This document shows, piece after piece, positions 1 through 9,529 of a DNA stretch of 64,000 nucleotides. The stretch is from an uncultured Chloroflexota bacterium (GTDB lineage: Bacteria > Chloroflexota > UBA11872 > VXNJ01). The stretch is taken from positions 128,032 to 192,031 of the forward strand of contig CAJWLF010000001.1 of assembly GCA_913043205.1 (NCBI GenBank). The letters run 5' to 3'. The notes under the pieces were generated by a model. That model saw only the letters and a list, made by a program, of their open reading frames with translations, made no database searches and was not told the origin of the DNA. Within the stretch, counting starts at the first letter, position 1, and each line of letters starts with the position of its first letter. A program made the position numbers and the translations under genes.

Positions 1-1569
1 GGCTTCGATAGCCTTCCGGAGACGTGGCCCCTCAAGTTCGCGTCTGAAACCTGCATAGAACTGATGTCTAGTGAAATAACTTGGTGTGTGCGTGGTTGAG
101 GAGGCGATATCGAAAGGCTCGAGGTTTTTAGCACGCAGCCGAGACCTTACTTTAAGCGCGTATGAGCGAAACGCAATTACGGACGCGGTCAATGAGTTCC
201 ACGGTGCACTTTCTCCTTGCTCGATCAATCCGGCTAAATAGTCATTCATAGGTAATACATTTATGAGCCAAGCACTCTCTAATTCCGGGGAATACCGGAA
301 TTCGAATTTACCCCTATACATATACCCGGGTTGTATTTCATATACGTACATTAATGAACCAGGCTCCCCTTCAAAAACAAGGGGTTCCTCGAACATCAGT
401 TGTTTGTTGTTCGGTAACCTAAGCAAAGTTTTATTTCTGCTACGCTCAACGGAAATCTTTGTGTCAGCGGCTAAATGGGCGATAACTAATCCACCGAGTG
501 TACGTACTTGATAACGGCTATTTGATGAGATCGTAGCTCTCATATCGTCAGTATTCGCTTCACCTAATTCCATTATGGCAACCCGTATTTCCGGTGTTGT
601 ATCTCCTACTTGCACCGAATTCTTGCCTGAAGTTGAACCGATGGTAGAGAACCAGTTACCCGAGTTGACTGGGTCCCAAACCAATTCGTAGCTACCAGCG
701 GTGGTAGGGGCTGGGATGTCGACTGTTACAAGGATAGTGTCGTTGGGCTTTACGTCTTTGGAGAGTGGTATTCGGTGATTGAAATATGTTGGCTGAGGGC
801 CTATGTCCAGCAAGTTCCAATGATATGACAAAAACGTAGAATTCGGACCTGTATGCTCCCAGGTGACTGTGCCTTCATTTGTGAGTTGCACGTCTATTTT
901 GTATCTTCCTCCTGGTTGCACTTCTGAGGTGATCGGAGTACTTACAGTGGATGCGTGCCATGGACTATTCAAGCTGAGAAGTCGAGACTTACCTAAAGCC
1001 AGCGGGGTAACCTGAGTCCCGTCATACATCATTCCGCCGCGCTGGAAATATTGAACAGTTCTGTCTGAACTTGAGAGCTCTTCGCTTATTGGATAGCCCC
1101 ATAACGATGTTCCACCAACGGACTCGAATAGATTAAGGAACCCGAACCGTACTGAATGGCCAGTTTCCGGGAAGTACCGCACATTTTTTTCCGATCTAAA
1201 TGGAGATATTTTTTCGTGTTTTTCCGAGCTTTGGTCCTGTGCGCCGATGAGTCCCGGCTGTACGACATAGTTTGTGCCTTGGAATTCGGGCCAGTAATCG
1301 AGTCGGAAATTTGTGTAGTAACGTTGAAATGTTCCTTCTGCGCCGTTACTTGAAAGTACAGGGCTTATAGGCACACCTAATATGTTCTCACCACCGTGTT
1401 TCAATGCGAACGAGTCAAAAGCTTGTTCTGCTTGTGATTTGCTAACGGATGACTCCGTAGCAGCTGATGCTGTTGAGAGATACCACGCGGCCAAAAGAAT
1501 ACTGCATAGCACAGCCACACAGACCCTAAACCCTAGGGGAATAACCATATTTAAGTACGTTGGACCCAT
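1..1569 (-). CDS. Secreted SpoIID/LytB-domain protein with Chloroflexi-type repeats and an Ig-like (NBR1/FW-like) domain; 3' end beyond the window
   Basis: Translated by hand: open frame from ATG 1569 (alt ATG 1548) to base 1 with no stop. Contains a signal-peptide-like N-terminus, YFPETGH..GF..GG..WGYPISEE..VQYFQR repeat, an Ig-like segment (VQLTNEGTVTW..LSYHW..PAPTTAGSYELVWD) and SpoIID-like LINVLPMNDYLAGLIE..IAFRSYA..QFYAG..AIEA. Missing from the ORF track because it has no stop in the window. Confidence 0.8.
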   Translation of the reverse strand, partial: MGPTYLNMVIPLGFRVCVAVLCSILLAAWYLSTASAATESSVSKSQAEQAFDSFALKHGGENILGVPISPVLSSNGAEGTFQRYYTNFRLDYWPEFQGTNYVVQPGLIGAQDQSSEKHEKISPFRSEKNVRYFPETGHSVRFGFLNLFESVGGTSLWGYPISEELSSSDRTVQYFQRGGMMYDGTQVTPLALGKSRLLSLNSPWHASTVSTPITSEVQPGGRYKIDVQLTNEGTVTWEHTGPNSTFLSYHWNLLDIGPQPTYFNHRIPLSKDVKPNDTILVTVDIPAPTTAGSYELVWDPVNSGNWFSTIGSTSGKNSVQVGDTTPEIRVAIMELGEANTDDMRATISSNSRYQVRTLGGLVIAHLAADTKISVERSRNKTLLRLPNNKQLMFEEPLVFEGEPGSLMYVYEIQPGYMYRGKFEFRYSPELESAWLINVLPMNDYLAGLIEQGESAPWNSLTASVIAFRSYALKVRSRLRAKNLEPFDIASSTTHTPSYFTRHQFYAGFRRELEGPRLRKAIEA

Positions 1570-1671
1570 CGTCGGCCGACAGTAGAAGGATTGTCCTTAG
1601 TCAGCCAGTAGACCTCCCAGTCATGAATTTTTGTATCAGTACCCGTCTCTAGCAAGATTTCCGAGTCTTGC

Positions 1672-1699
1672 ATTATATCTCTAGCGGGCTCTAATAGAA
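1672..1699 (-). promoter_or_regulatory. Possible sigma70-type promoter for the SpoIID-domain gene
   Basis: Perfect TATAAT on the minus strand at 1677..1672, about 100 nt upstream of the ATG; poor -35 (TTCTAT). Confidence 0.3.
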
Positions 1700-1876
1700 G
1701 CTTTATTGTTTTCCGTTTTTTGTTGCGTCTGTACGAACTATGAGTGGTGAGGAAGTTACGAGCTACGGCGTTAAGGCTATCAGGCTATCATAAGTTTAGC
1801 TTTCGGCGATGTATTCACCGCATAAGTGACCAGGCATTAAAATGTAAGATCGAATTAAAGGGCTGATAGACGGATT

Positions 1877-2155
1877 ATGGACTTAGCAATCGAGATACTT
1901 CTTCTAGTGCCTCCGGCTGTGTATCTGGGTTTTGCGATCGCTGTCGCTACGGCATTTTTGTTTCATGTGTTTGTGGGGCATCGCAATAGAACCGGGATGT
2001 ACTATTTGCCATTTAGTATTTTTGGCTTTTTGGGTGGGGCTACGTTCGCATCCAGATTCGGGTTGAATTGGTTTGTATATGGTGATTTAGCGCTACTCGC
2101 GGGACTTACTGGCGCGATATTGGCGCTCATAATGGCCCATATGTTGGATTCTTAA
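1877..2155 (+). CDS. Small integral membrane protein of unknown function
   Basis: 92 aa, about three hydrophobic Gly-rich segments, co-oriented with alaS and directly upstream of it. Confidence 0.7.
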   Translation: MDLAIEILLLVPPAVYLGFAIAVATAFLFHVFVGHRNRTGMYYLPFSIFGFLGGATFASRFGLNWFVYGDLALLAGLTGAILALIMAHMLDS

Positions 2156-2211
2156 AATTGATTAGTAAGGTAGGTGCTTAGCATGTGGGTATCATGCATT
2201 TCGGTGCAAAT

Positions 2212-4830
2212 ATGTCAGTGACATCAGATAACGTAAGAAATTTGTTTTTGGAATATTTCCAGGAACGTGATCATCTGCTATTGCCAAGCTCTTCTCTTAT
2301 TCCGGTTGATGATCCTAGTGTTTTGTTTACTTCCGCAGGAATGCAACAATTTAAGGCCTATTATTCTGGTGACAAGCAAGCCCCTCATCCACGTATAACT
2401 ACTTCACAAAAGTGCTTTCGCACTAGCGATATAGATGAGGTTGGGGATTCTAGCCACCTGACGTTTTTTGAAATGCTTGGCAACTTTTCGTTCGGTGATT
2501 ACTTCAAACGAGAGAGTATCGAATGGGCTTGGGAATTACTCACAGAGCGTGTAGGGATAGAGGCGGATTTGTTGTGGGTTACTGTGTTTGAGGGAGATGG
2601 GGTTTTGCCGCGTGATGAAGAATCGGCGTCTCACTGGCGCAATGTTGGTGTGCCGGATGAACGAATTATTTTCAGGCCGAAGGCGGAAAATTTCTGGGGC
2701 CCAACAGGGGATAGGGGTCCTTGTGGCCCTGACACTGAGATCCACTATAGATTGTGTCCACCAGAGCAAGGTCATCAGGAAACTGGTCCAGCTGGCGATC
2801 CTGGACGGTATCTTGAATTATGGAACTTGGTATTCAATGAGTTCTACCAGGATCATGATGGCTCTTTACGGCCTCTTGAAGTTTCTGGAGTAGACACTGG
2901 TGCGGGATTTGAAAGATGGGTAGTACTCATGCAAGGTAAAAATTCCGTGTACGATACCGATCTCTATACTGGGATTGTGGGGGCTACTGTTAGCGCACTA
3001 GGACTGACGTCACAATCGGACGAGGAAAGGGCTCTTAGAATTATTTCTGAGCATATTCGTGCGGGGGTGTTCCTTGTCGCTGATGGTGTGATGCCTGGTA
3101 ATGAGGGCAGGGGATATGTGTTGAGGCGCCAACTTAGGAGGTTAATAGGGCAGGCAAGATTGATAGGCAACAAGGATCCCTTTGTTGCTACAGTGGCCGA
3201 TGCAGCGATAGAAACGATGAGTTCTGCGTATCCTGAGGTCGAGGCTCGCAGGGATCATATACTGAGTGTTTTTACTGATGAGGAGGAGAGGTTTCAGTTG
3301 ACCTTGGATCGCGGTATGACTGCATTGGATTCCGAACTAAACAATCATACTGAGGGAGAGATTCCTGGACATCTAGCGTTTATGTTTCATGATACATACG
3401 GCGTTCCGATAGATCTTGTGAAAGATATTGCTGGCAGTCGGGGTATTCCGGTTGACTCTGAGGGGTTTTTGCTAGCTATGAATGACCAGAGAGAGCGGAG
3501 CAGAGAGCAATCTAATGTCATACTTGACACTATGCCAAAGGGGCTCCCTGCTACTGAATTTGTCGGATATCAAGTTGAGGAAAAAGAGTCCTGCAAAATA
3601 GTGGCGATTTTTCAAGATGGTGATTTGGTGTCGAGTGCCGAATTAGGTGACGAGGTTTCTATAGTGCTCGACAGTACGCCATTTTACGCTGAATCGGGTG
3701 GCCAGGTAGGAGATACAGGGTGCATTATTGCCAATGAATTCCGATTTATTGTGCAAGATGCCAAAAAGAATGGTGAAGGAACATATTTCCATATCGGAAG
3801 GATAAACCGTGGATCCGTTGAAGTTGGAGAGGTAGTGTCGGCACATATAGACGGTTTGCGACGCACCCGGATACGTAGAAACCATACCGCTACCCATCTT
3901 CTGCATTCTGCCCTTCGAATAAATTGTGGTGAGCACATTAGACAGGCTGGGTCTTTTGTAGGGGATGAGTATCTACGCTTTGATTTTACTCAACCTGAAG
4001 GTTTGACCACCGATATGCTCACTTTAATCGAGAATGATGTAAATAACAGTATTTTGCAATCTAAACGTGTTGAGACTGAAATTACGGAAGTTCAGGTGGC
4101 CATTGAAGCTGGTGCTATGGCACTTTTCGGCGAAAAGTACGGCGACAGTGTTCGTATGGTAAGGATAGATGACACCTCGCTTGAGTTGTGCGGAGGTACT
4201 CATGTTGATCGTACTTCTGAGATCGGATCATTTATTGTGACCAAGGAAGAAAATATTGGATCTGGTGTTCGAAGGATAGAGGCTGTGACTGGTCATTCTG
4301 CGGTGGATGTGGCCAGATGTGCTCTTGATGTTGTTCGAGATGTGGCAGGTAGGCTTGAAACTGCTACCGATGAAGTTTTGCAGAGATTGGACAAAGTGAC
4401 TAAGGATAATGCTGACAATCGGAGATTAATCGGGGAGCTTCGGCGCCAAGTGGCCGAGCAGCAATTAGCCGTAGTTGCCTCTCATGCAGATAATGTTGAC
4501 GGGATTACGAAAGTTGTCACATCTGTCGACGTCCAAGATGCCGAGACTTTACGCAATATTTGTGAAAACATGGACGGTGTACTTTCGGATCCTTGGGTGT
4601 TTTTTCTTGGGGCCGTCGTCAATAATCGACCATTGTTTTTTTCAGGTGCTTCACCGAAGGCAGTGAGTATGGGGATCAATGCTAGTCTTTTGGTGAAGGC
4701 TGCATGCCTTGTAGCTGGAGGAGGAGGGGGTGGTAGCGCGGAGATGGCAAATGGGGGAGGGAAGCATCCCAAGCAAATCGAGGCGGCTCTTCGTGCTGTG
4801 AATGATGTGATCAATGAGCAAGTGGGATAA
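2212..4830 (+). CDS. alaS: Alanine--tRNA ligase
   Basis: LFTSAGMQQFK, HLTFFEMLGNFSFGDYFK, TPFYAESGGQVGD, editing-domain HTATH and ELCGGTHV, and Gly-rich C-Ala end. ATG 2212 chosen over GTG 2185. Confidence 0.98.
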   Translation: MSVTSDNVRNLFLEYFQERDHLLLPSSSLIPVDDPSVLFTSAGMQQFKAYYSGDKQAPHPRITTSQKCFRTSDIDEVGDSSHLTFFEMLGNFSFGDYFKRESIEWAWELLTERVGIEADLLWVTVFEGDGVLPRDEESASHWRNVGVPDERIIFRPKAENFWGPTGDRGPCGPDTEIHYRLCPPEQGHQETGPAGDPGRYLELWNLVFNEFYQDHDGSLRPLEVSGVDTGAGFERWVVLMQGKNSVYDTDLYTGIVGATVSALGLTSQSDEERALRIISEHIRAGVFLVADGVMPGNEGRGYVLRRQLRRLIGQARLIGNKDPFVATVADAAIETMSSAYPEVEARRDHILSVFTDEEERFQLTLDRGMTALDSELNNHTEGEIPGHLAFMFHDTYGVPIDLVKDIAGSRGIPVDSEGFLLAMNDQRERSREQSNVILDTMPKGLPATEFVGYQVEEKESCKIVAIFQDGDLVSSAELGDEVSIVLDSTPFYAESGGQVGDTGCIIANEFRFIVQDAKKNGEGTYFHIGRINRGSVEVGEVVSAHIDGLRRTRIRRNHTATHLLHSALRINCGEHIRQAGSFVGDEYLRFDFTQPEGLTTDMLTLIENDVNNSILQSKRVETEITEVQVAIEAGAMALFGEKYGDSVRMVRIDDTSLELCGGTHVDRTSEIGSFIVTKEENIGSGVRRIEAVTGHSAVDVARCALDVVRDVAGRLETATDEVLQRLDKVTKDNADNRRLIGELRRQVAEQQLAVVASHADNVDGITKVVTSVDVQDAETLRNICENMDGVLSDPWVFFLGAVVNNRPLFFSGASPKAVSMGINASLLVKAACLVAGGGGGGSAEMANGGGKHPKQIEAALRAVNDVINEQVG

Positions 4831-4920
4831 AAGGTTCCCTTTAAGCAGAATTGCGTGCCTTAATAAGATGAAAACTATCCAACTTCGTGGGTTGGGCTAT
4901 GGTTTGGCTGGCGATATTAC

Positions 4921-6423
4921 ATGATGGTCATTGAAGTTCCCATTGATGCTGATGCTGACTACGTGTTGAGTCTGCTTAGACACAGCAACGAGTCATCGGT
5001 CTTGCTGATTGTAGGCTCCTACGGGTCGGCAATGACGTCTAGGGTTGAGCTGAATAGGCTTAGGTGGGAAATTCAGGAGAGGCCGAGAACAATAACCATT
5101 CATTCATATGATTCTACTGTTACGGCGATGGCGAGGGACTGTGGCTTCGATGTGGTTGGCGGCAGGTCGCCATTAGATAGGTTAGTTGCATATTTGGCTA
5201 CACCATTTTTGCACAGTTACAAACTGATGGTGCCTCAAACGAGAAGTGTGCTGAATAGTCGTGGCTTGTTGCTAAGTGTAATAAAGGGTCCATTAGTGCT
5301 AGGTGTCGCAGTCGCCCTAATAATCGGACTCTATATTTCTATACTTTACCCCAGTGCGGAGATTTCAATAATGGCAAATGGGCAGGAGAAAAGCTCAGGT
5401 TTTCGGGTGATTGCAGACCCTTCCACAGAGATTATTGGCCCCCAAAGAGAGGTTATCCCGGCGCGTGTTATTGAAGTTACTCAGAGGGGCAGTCGCACTT
5501 CGGTGGCAACGGGGGAAAGAGTTGAACCTCTGACCAGGGCAACAGGGCGCGTGACATTGATAAATCCGACCGCGGCTAAGGTGTTCGTTCCGAGAGGTAC
5601 TGTGCTATCCAGTAAATCTGGGGTGCAGTTCGAGACGTCATCAGATGTGCTTGTTCCAGAGTCAAATACTGACCAATCCAACCTGGTTGTCGACGGGGAA
5701 GTCGTTGTAGCAATCGCCGCCCAGGCAAAAGGCAACGTTGGAAACTTGTCTGTGGGTGAGATTGATAAAGTGCTTGGGCCGTTGCGATTTACTTTGTCCG
5801 TAAGACAAGAACAAGATCTTCGAGGTGGAAGCCAATCTACCAGGCGCTACGTATCGGAACAGGATACGAAATCGTTGTCGGCAACTTTAATGAATGAATT
5901 ACTTGCTTTGGCTCGCAGTGATTTAGAATCCAAAATTTCTGACACAGAAATGATGCGATTTTGGCCTGATCGCATCCAGGATCCTATTTTGACCCAGGAG
6001 AAATTTGACGAAATTGGTACCGGAAGGCATTTGCATACTAGTGTGACTCAAGAAGTGATTTTGAGAGCTACTGTTATATCCATGCATGACATCGTTGAAG
6101 CGGCGATGATTAATTTGACTGACGCTGGCAGACTATCCCTGCTCTCGAATGAAATCGGATTAACTAATATAGAGCTCGGCAGTGTTATGGGAGGGCGGGT
6201 GGCTGTGCGTTTTCGTGCTTCTGGACTCGTTGGGCCAGGAATCAATGAGTCGCAAATAGCTGAATCTTTACGAGAACTATCGATTGATGAGGCCACATCC
6301 ATGCTTAATCAAATTGATGGCATCGAAATAGTCGGCTTTAATTATTGGCCTAGATTTAGCAGTAACTTGCCTCGATGGGCGTCGCGAATTACTGTGATCG
6401 TTAACAACGATGTTGCAGGATAA
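4921..6423 (+). CDS. Membrane-anchored baseplate J/gp47-like domain protein
   Basis: One TM helix (about aa 120-143), then ATGRVTLIN..VPRGTVL..GVQFET..V.A..G.VGN..I..V..LRGG, the pattern of the baseplate-J insertion domain. Confidence 0.65.
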   Translation: MMVIEVPIDADADYVLSLLRHSNESSVLLIVGSYGSAMTSRVELNRLRWEIQERPRTITIHSYDSTVTAMARDCGFDVVGGRSPLDRLVAYLATPFLHSYKLMVPQTRSVLNSRGLLLSVIKGPLVLGVAVALIIGLYISILYPSAEISIMANGQEKSSGFRVIADPSTEIIGPQREVIPARVIEVTQRGSRTSVATGERVEPLTRATGRVTLINPTAAKVFVPRGTVLSSKSGVQFETSSDVLVPESNTDQSNLVVDGEVVVAIAAQAKGNVGNLSVGEIDKVLGPLRFTLSVRQEQDLRGGSQSTRRYVSEQDTKSLSATLMNELLALARSDLESKISDTEMMRFWPDRIQDPILTQEKFDEIGTGRHLHTSVTQEVILRATVISMHDIVEAAMINLTDAGRLSLLSNEIGLTNIELGSVMGGRVAVRFRASGLVGPGINESQIAESLRELSIDEATSMLNQIDGIEIVGFNYWPRFSSNLPRWASRITVIVNNDVAG

Positions 6424-6826
6424 GTGCGTTGTGAGTGTAATACTGTCATTGGATATTGGTGAGCGACGAATAGGCGTTGCAAGATGCGATCCATTAGGCA
6501 TATTGGTTACACCCCTTGAAATAATGGTTAGGAATCATAAAGAGGCTGATTTAGGATCTATGTTGGATCTAATTGAGCGTGAAGACCCAAGTTTGATAGT
6601 GATTGGGCTGCCTTTAACCTTAACTGGTGAAGAAGGGCATCAAGCCTTAAAGGTTCGGGATGACGTTCGATTTTTGTTGAGTGGATGTAAAACGAAAATT
6701 GTGTTTTGGGATGAACGATTTACGACGGCTGAGGCTGAACGAAGATTTGGCACTTATCGAGATAACGATTCAATAGCTGCTGCGATACTTTTAGAGGATT
6801 ATTTAGCATCTAGGGGTGATATCTGA
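6410..6826 (+). CDS. ruvX: Holliday junction resolvase-like / pre-16S rRNA nuclease YqgF
   Basis: LDIGERRIGVA, IVIGLP, WDERFTT, DSIAAAILLE; alaS-ruvX-mltG synteny. Start may be GTG 6431. Confidence 0.93.
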   Translation: MLQDKCVVSVILSLDIGERRIGVARCDPLGILVTPLEIMVRNHKEADLGSMLDLIEREDPSLIVIGLPLTLTGEEGHQALKVRDDVRFLLSGCKTKIVFWDERFTTAEAERRFGTYRDNDSIAAAILLEDYLASRGDI

Positions 6827-6834
6827 AAACTGAT

Positions 6835-7860
6835 TTGATAATCAATATTGTCCTAGTGGGATTTATGTCGATAGCTGCGTTTGTGTTTTTATCTTACTCT
6901 GCCCTTAGTCATATCTCGGTCCCTCCGCAGGATGTGGCATATGAGACACAAGTGTTTAGGGTTCGTTCTGGTGCTTCAGCATCTGAGATCGCATCCGATT
7001 TACGTAAGGCAGGACTTATACGCAATGAAATGATATTCAGGCTGGCGGTGGCTCGTAGAGATGTGCAGGACAAATTGCAGCCGGGTGATTATTTGCTCAG
7101 GGCTGATATGTCGCTCAGTAAGATTGTGGATGAACTTCAAAGGGGGCGGGTTGAAGAGTTGACAGTCACTGTGATTGAGGGCTGGCGCGCTGAGGAAATT
7201 GCGAATGCCCTTTCTGCGACCGGGCTGATATCGGCCGACGAATTTATGGCAGCGATCAAGGACGAGTCGCTTTGGCTCAAGTATGATTTCCTCCCTGAGG
7301 AAGGGTCAACACGTGGAGCCGAGGGATTTCTTTTTCCTGATACCTACAGAATAGGGATGCAAACTACGGCAACAGAGTTCGTTGAGAAAATGCTGGATAG
7401 GTTTGGCGAGATCTATACGCAACCAATGCGTTTGGCTGCTCGATCTCAGGAGCTTACTAATAAGGAAGTCGTCATCCTTGCGTCAATAGTGGAACGAGAA
7501 GCCCAATTGGATGATGAGCGTCCCCGAGTGGCAGCTGTATTTTTAAATCGGCTTAAGAAGGGAATGAAACTTGAAGCTGACCCTACAGTCCAATACGCTG
7601 TTTCCGGAGAATCTAACGATGTATGGTGGAAGACAGGTTTGACGATGACTGACTTGGGTGTTGATTCTCCGTACAACACATATAAGTTTGCTGGGTTGCC
7701 CCCGGCACCTATTGCAAATCCCGGGGTTAGGTCGATAATTGCAGTGGTTCAGCCTGCTGTTACCGAGGATCTGTTTTTTGTCGCTCGTGGGGATGGCAGT
7801 CATGCTTTTTCGAAGACGCTAGAAGAACACCAAAGGAATGTTGACAGGTATGTTAAATAA
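6835..7860 (+). CDS. mltG: Endolytic transglycosylase MltG (YceG family)
   Basis: N-terminal TM, EGFLFPDTY, LASIVERE (catalytic Glu), LEADPTVQY, DSPYNTY, GLPPAPIANPG. Confidence 0.95.
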   Translation: MIINIVLVGFMSIAAFVFLSYSALSHISVPPQDVAYETQVFRVRSGASASEIASDLRKAGLIRNEMIFRLAVARRDVQDKLQPGDYLLRADMSLSKIVDELQRGRVEELTVTVIEGWRAEEIANALSATGLISADEFMAAIKDESLWLKYDFLPEEGSTRGAEGFLFPDTYRIGMQTTATEFVEKMLDRFGEIYTQPMRLAARSQELTNKEVVILASIVEREAQLDDERPRVAAVFLNRLKKGMKLEADPTVQYAVSGESNDVWWKTGLTMTDLGVDSPYNTYKFAGLPPAPIANPGVRSIIAVVQPAVTEDLFFVARGDGSHAFSKTLEEHQRNVDRYVK

Positions 7861-8917
7861 GAAGATACATCGTAGATTAGACATGCTGCGCGGACACATG
7901 ACTGAATTACATATAGAATGTGTCTTAGTAACAACGGCAGCTAACCGAAGATACTTGAGTGGGTTCACTGGCTCTGCTGGAGCATTGTTGATAACCGCAG
8001 ATAGACAAATGTTTATTACTGATGGTCGCTACAAAAGTCAGGGTTCTATTGAGGCCGTGGGCTTCGAGTTGATTATTCACTCCGGTCCGATACTTAGAGA
8101 GATAGTGGACACAATAGATCACATAGGGGTTGATCGTATTGGTGTCGATCCCGATCACATTAACGTCACTCAATATCGATTTCTTAAATCGAGCCTAAAC
8201 AAAAAGGTGACTCTGGTAGACACGTGTTCGTTGGTCGAAAATATGCGCCTAACAAAAGATGAGCATGAATTGGAGGCAATGAGGTCTGCAATAGAAATAG
8301 CTGACAATGTTATGCAGTTTGCGTTTGATCAAATTAGTCGATCGAGTTTGACGGAAAAAGAACTGGCTTTGGCTATCGATAGGGAGTTTAGATTGCATAG
8401 TGACGGACCCGCTTTTCCACTTATTGTTGCTAGTGGATTGAATTCGGCAAAACCGCATCACTTTCCCAGTGATGCTCCTATTGTTGAGGATCGGCCTCTT
8501 GTTATAGATATAGGAGCTTCGGTACAAGGTTATTGTTCGGATATTACGAGGACATTCTGCCCCGGTGGATCATCTAAGTTTGATACTGTGTACAGTGTTG
8601 TGTTGGAGGCTAATGCTGCTGGTATATCAGCAGTTAAGCATGGTGCTGATTGTCAACAGGTTGATCGTGCTGCGAGGGATATTATTGATGATGCAGGGTA
8701 TGGTGAATTCTTTGGTCATGGTTTGGGGCATGGTGTCGGGTTGGAGATTCATGAGTCACCGAGACTGTCTATGATGTCGGATGATGTTCTTTTGGAAGGA
8801 ACAGTTCACTCAATAGAACCTGGCATATACTTGCCTGATTGGGGTGGGGTCAGAATTGAAGATTTAGTGCTGGTTACAAGAAATGGATCAGAAGTACTAA
8901 CGCAGGCGATAAAATGA
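7838..8917 (+). CDS. Xaa-Pro aminopeptidase/dipeptidase (M24 family)
   Basis: RYLSGFTGS, DIGA..GYCSDITRT, HGLGHGVGLEIHE, IEPGIY, GVRIED. Confidence 0.93.
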   Translation: MLTGMLNKKIHRRLDMLRGHMTELHIECVLVTTAANRRYLSGFTGSAGALLITADRQMFITDGRYKSQGSIEAVGFELIIHSGPILREIVDTIDHIGVDRIGVDPDHINVTQYRFLKSSLNKKVTLVDTCSLVENMRLTKDEHELEAMRSAIEIADNVMQFAFDQISRSSLTEKELALAIDREFRLHSDGPAFPLIVASGLNSAKPHHFPSDAPIVEDRPLVIDIGASVQGYCSDITRTFCPGGSSKFDTVYSVVLEANAAGISAVKHGADCQQVDRAARDIIDDAGYGEFFGHGLGHGVGLEIHESPRLSMMSDDVLLEGTVHSIEPGIYLPDWGGVRIEDLVLVTRNGSEVLTQAIK

Positions 8918-8965
8918 CAGCCTGTTACACAAACCTTGCTTAAGGGTTTAAGGAGCTAATTTAAG

Positions 8966-9529
8966 GTGCTATCGGCAAATGAGGTTCGCGCTGGGATGAT
9001 TCTTGATGTAGATGGCAAAACTGTTGAGGTCCTCACTGCCCAACATCAGAAAATCGGTAGGGGAGGGGCCAAATTGAGTGTAAAGCTCAGAGATGTTGGT
9101 AGTGGTGCTTCGACTGATCAAACTTTTTCTGCCACTAAAAGATTTAAAAGGATTCCGACGAATACCCAAAAGGTACAGTATTTATACGATGACGCAGGTG
9201 GATACCATTTTATGGATATGGAAAGCTTTGACGAACTTACTCTTGCTAGAGATGTTATTGGCAAAAATAGTGCGTATTTGTCAGATGGATTAATTATTGA
9301 CCTGGTTAACGCTGGATCTCAATTGTTATCTATAAAATTACCTCCGTCAGTGGAGTTAAAAGTCGTCGAAGCAGAACCTGGCCATCGGGGGGATACGGCT
9401 GGGTCTGCGACGAAATCTGTTCGATTAAATACGGGTGTGACAATTCAGGCACCATTATTCGTTGAAGTCGGGGAAATCGTTCGTGTGAGTACAGCTACGG
9501 GCGAATATCAAGAACGGGTGTCCGGATGA
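8966..9529 (+). CDS. efp: Translation elongation factor P (Arg-type loop)
   Basis: HQKIGRGGA loop, QYLY, FMDMESFD, PGHRGDTA, APLFVEVGE; AAGGAG SD before GTG. Confidence 0.95.
   Translation: MLSANEVRAGMILDVDGKTVEVLTAQHQKIGRGGAKLSVKLRDVGSGASTDQTFSATKRFKRIPTNTQKVQYLYDDAGGYHFMDMESFDELTLARDVIGKNSAYLSDGLIIDLVNAGSQLLSIKLPPSVELKVVEAEPGHRGDTAGSATKSVRLNTGVTIQAPLFVEVGEIVRVSTATGEYQERVSG

Noticed and set aside
263-1585. Short track ORFs at 263, 1086, 1156 and 1382
   Set aside because: Antisense or off-frame shadows of the long SpoIID-domain gene.
1570-2211. T-box leader upstream of alaS
   Set aside because: No GGTGGNACC T-box sequence, and a small CDS occupies most of the space.
4921-6423. Prophage or contractile injection system around the baseplate-J-like gene
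   Set aside because: No sheath, tube, spike, capsid, terminase or integrase genes; the flanks are housekeeping genes.
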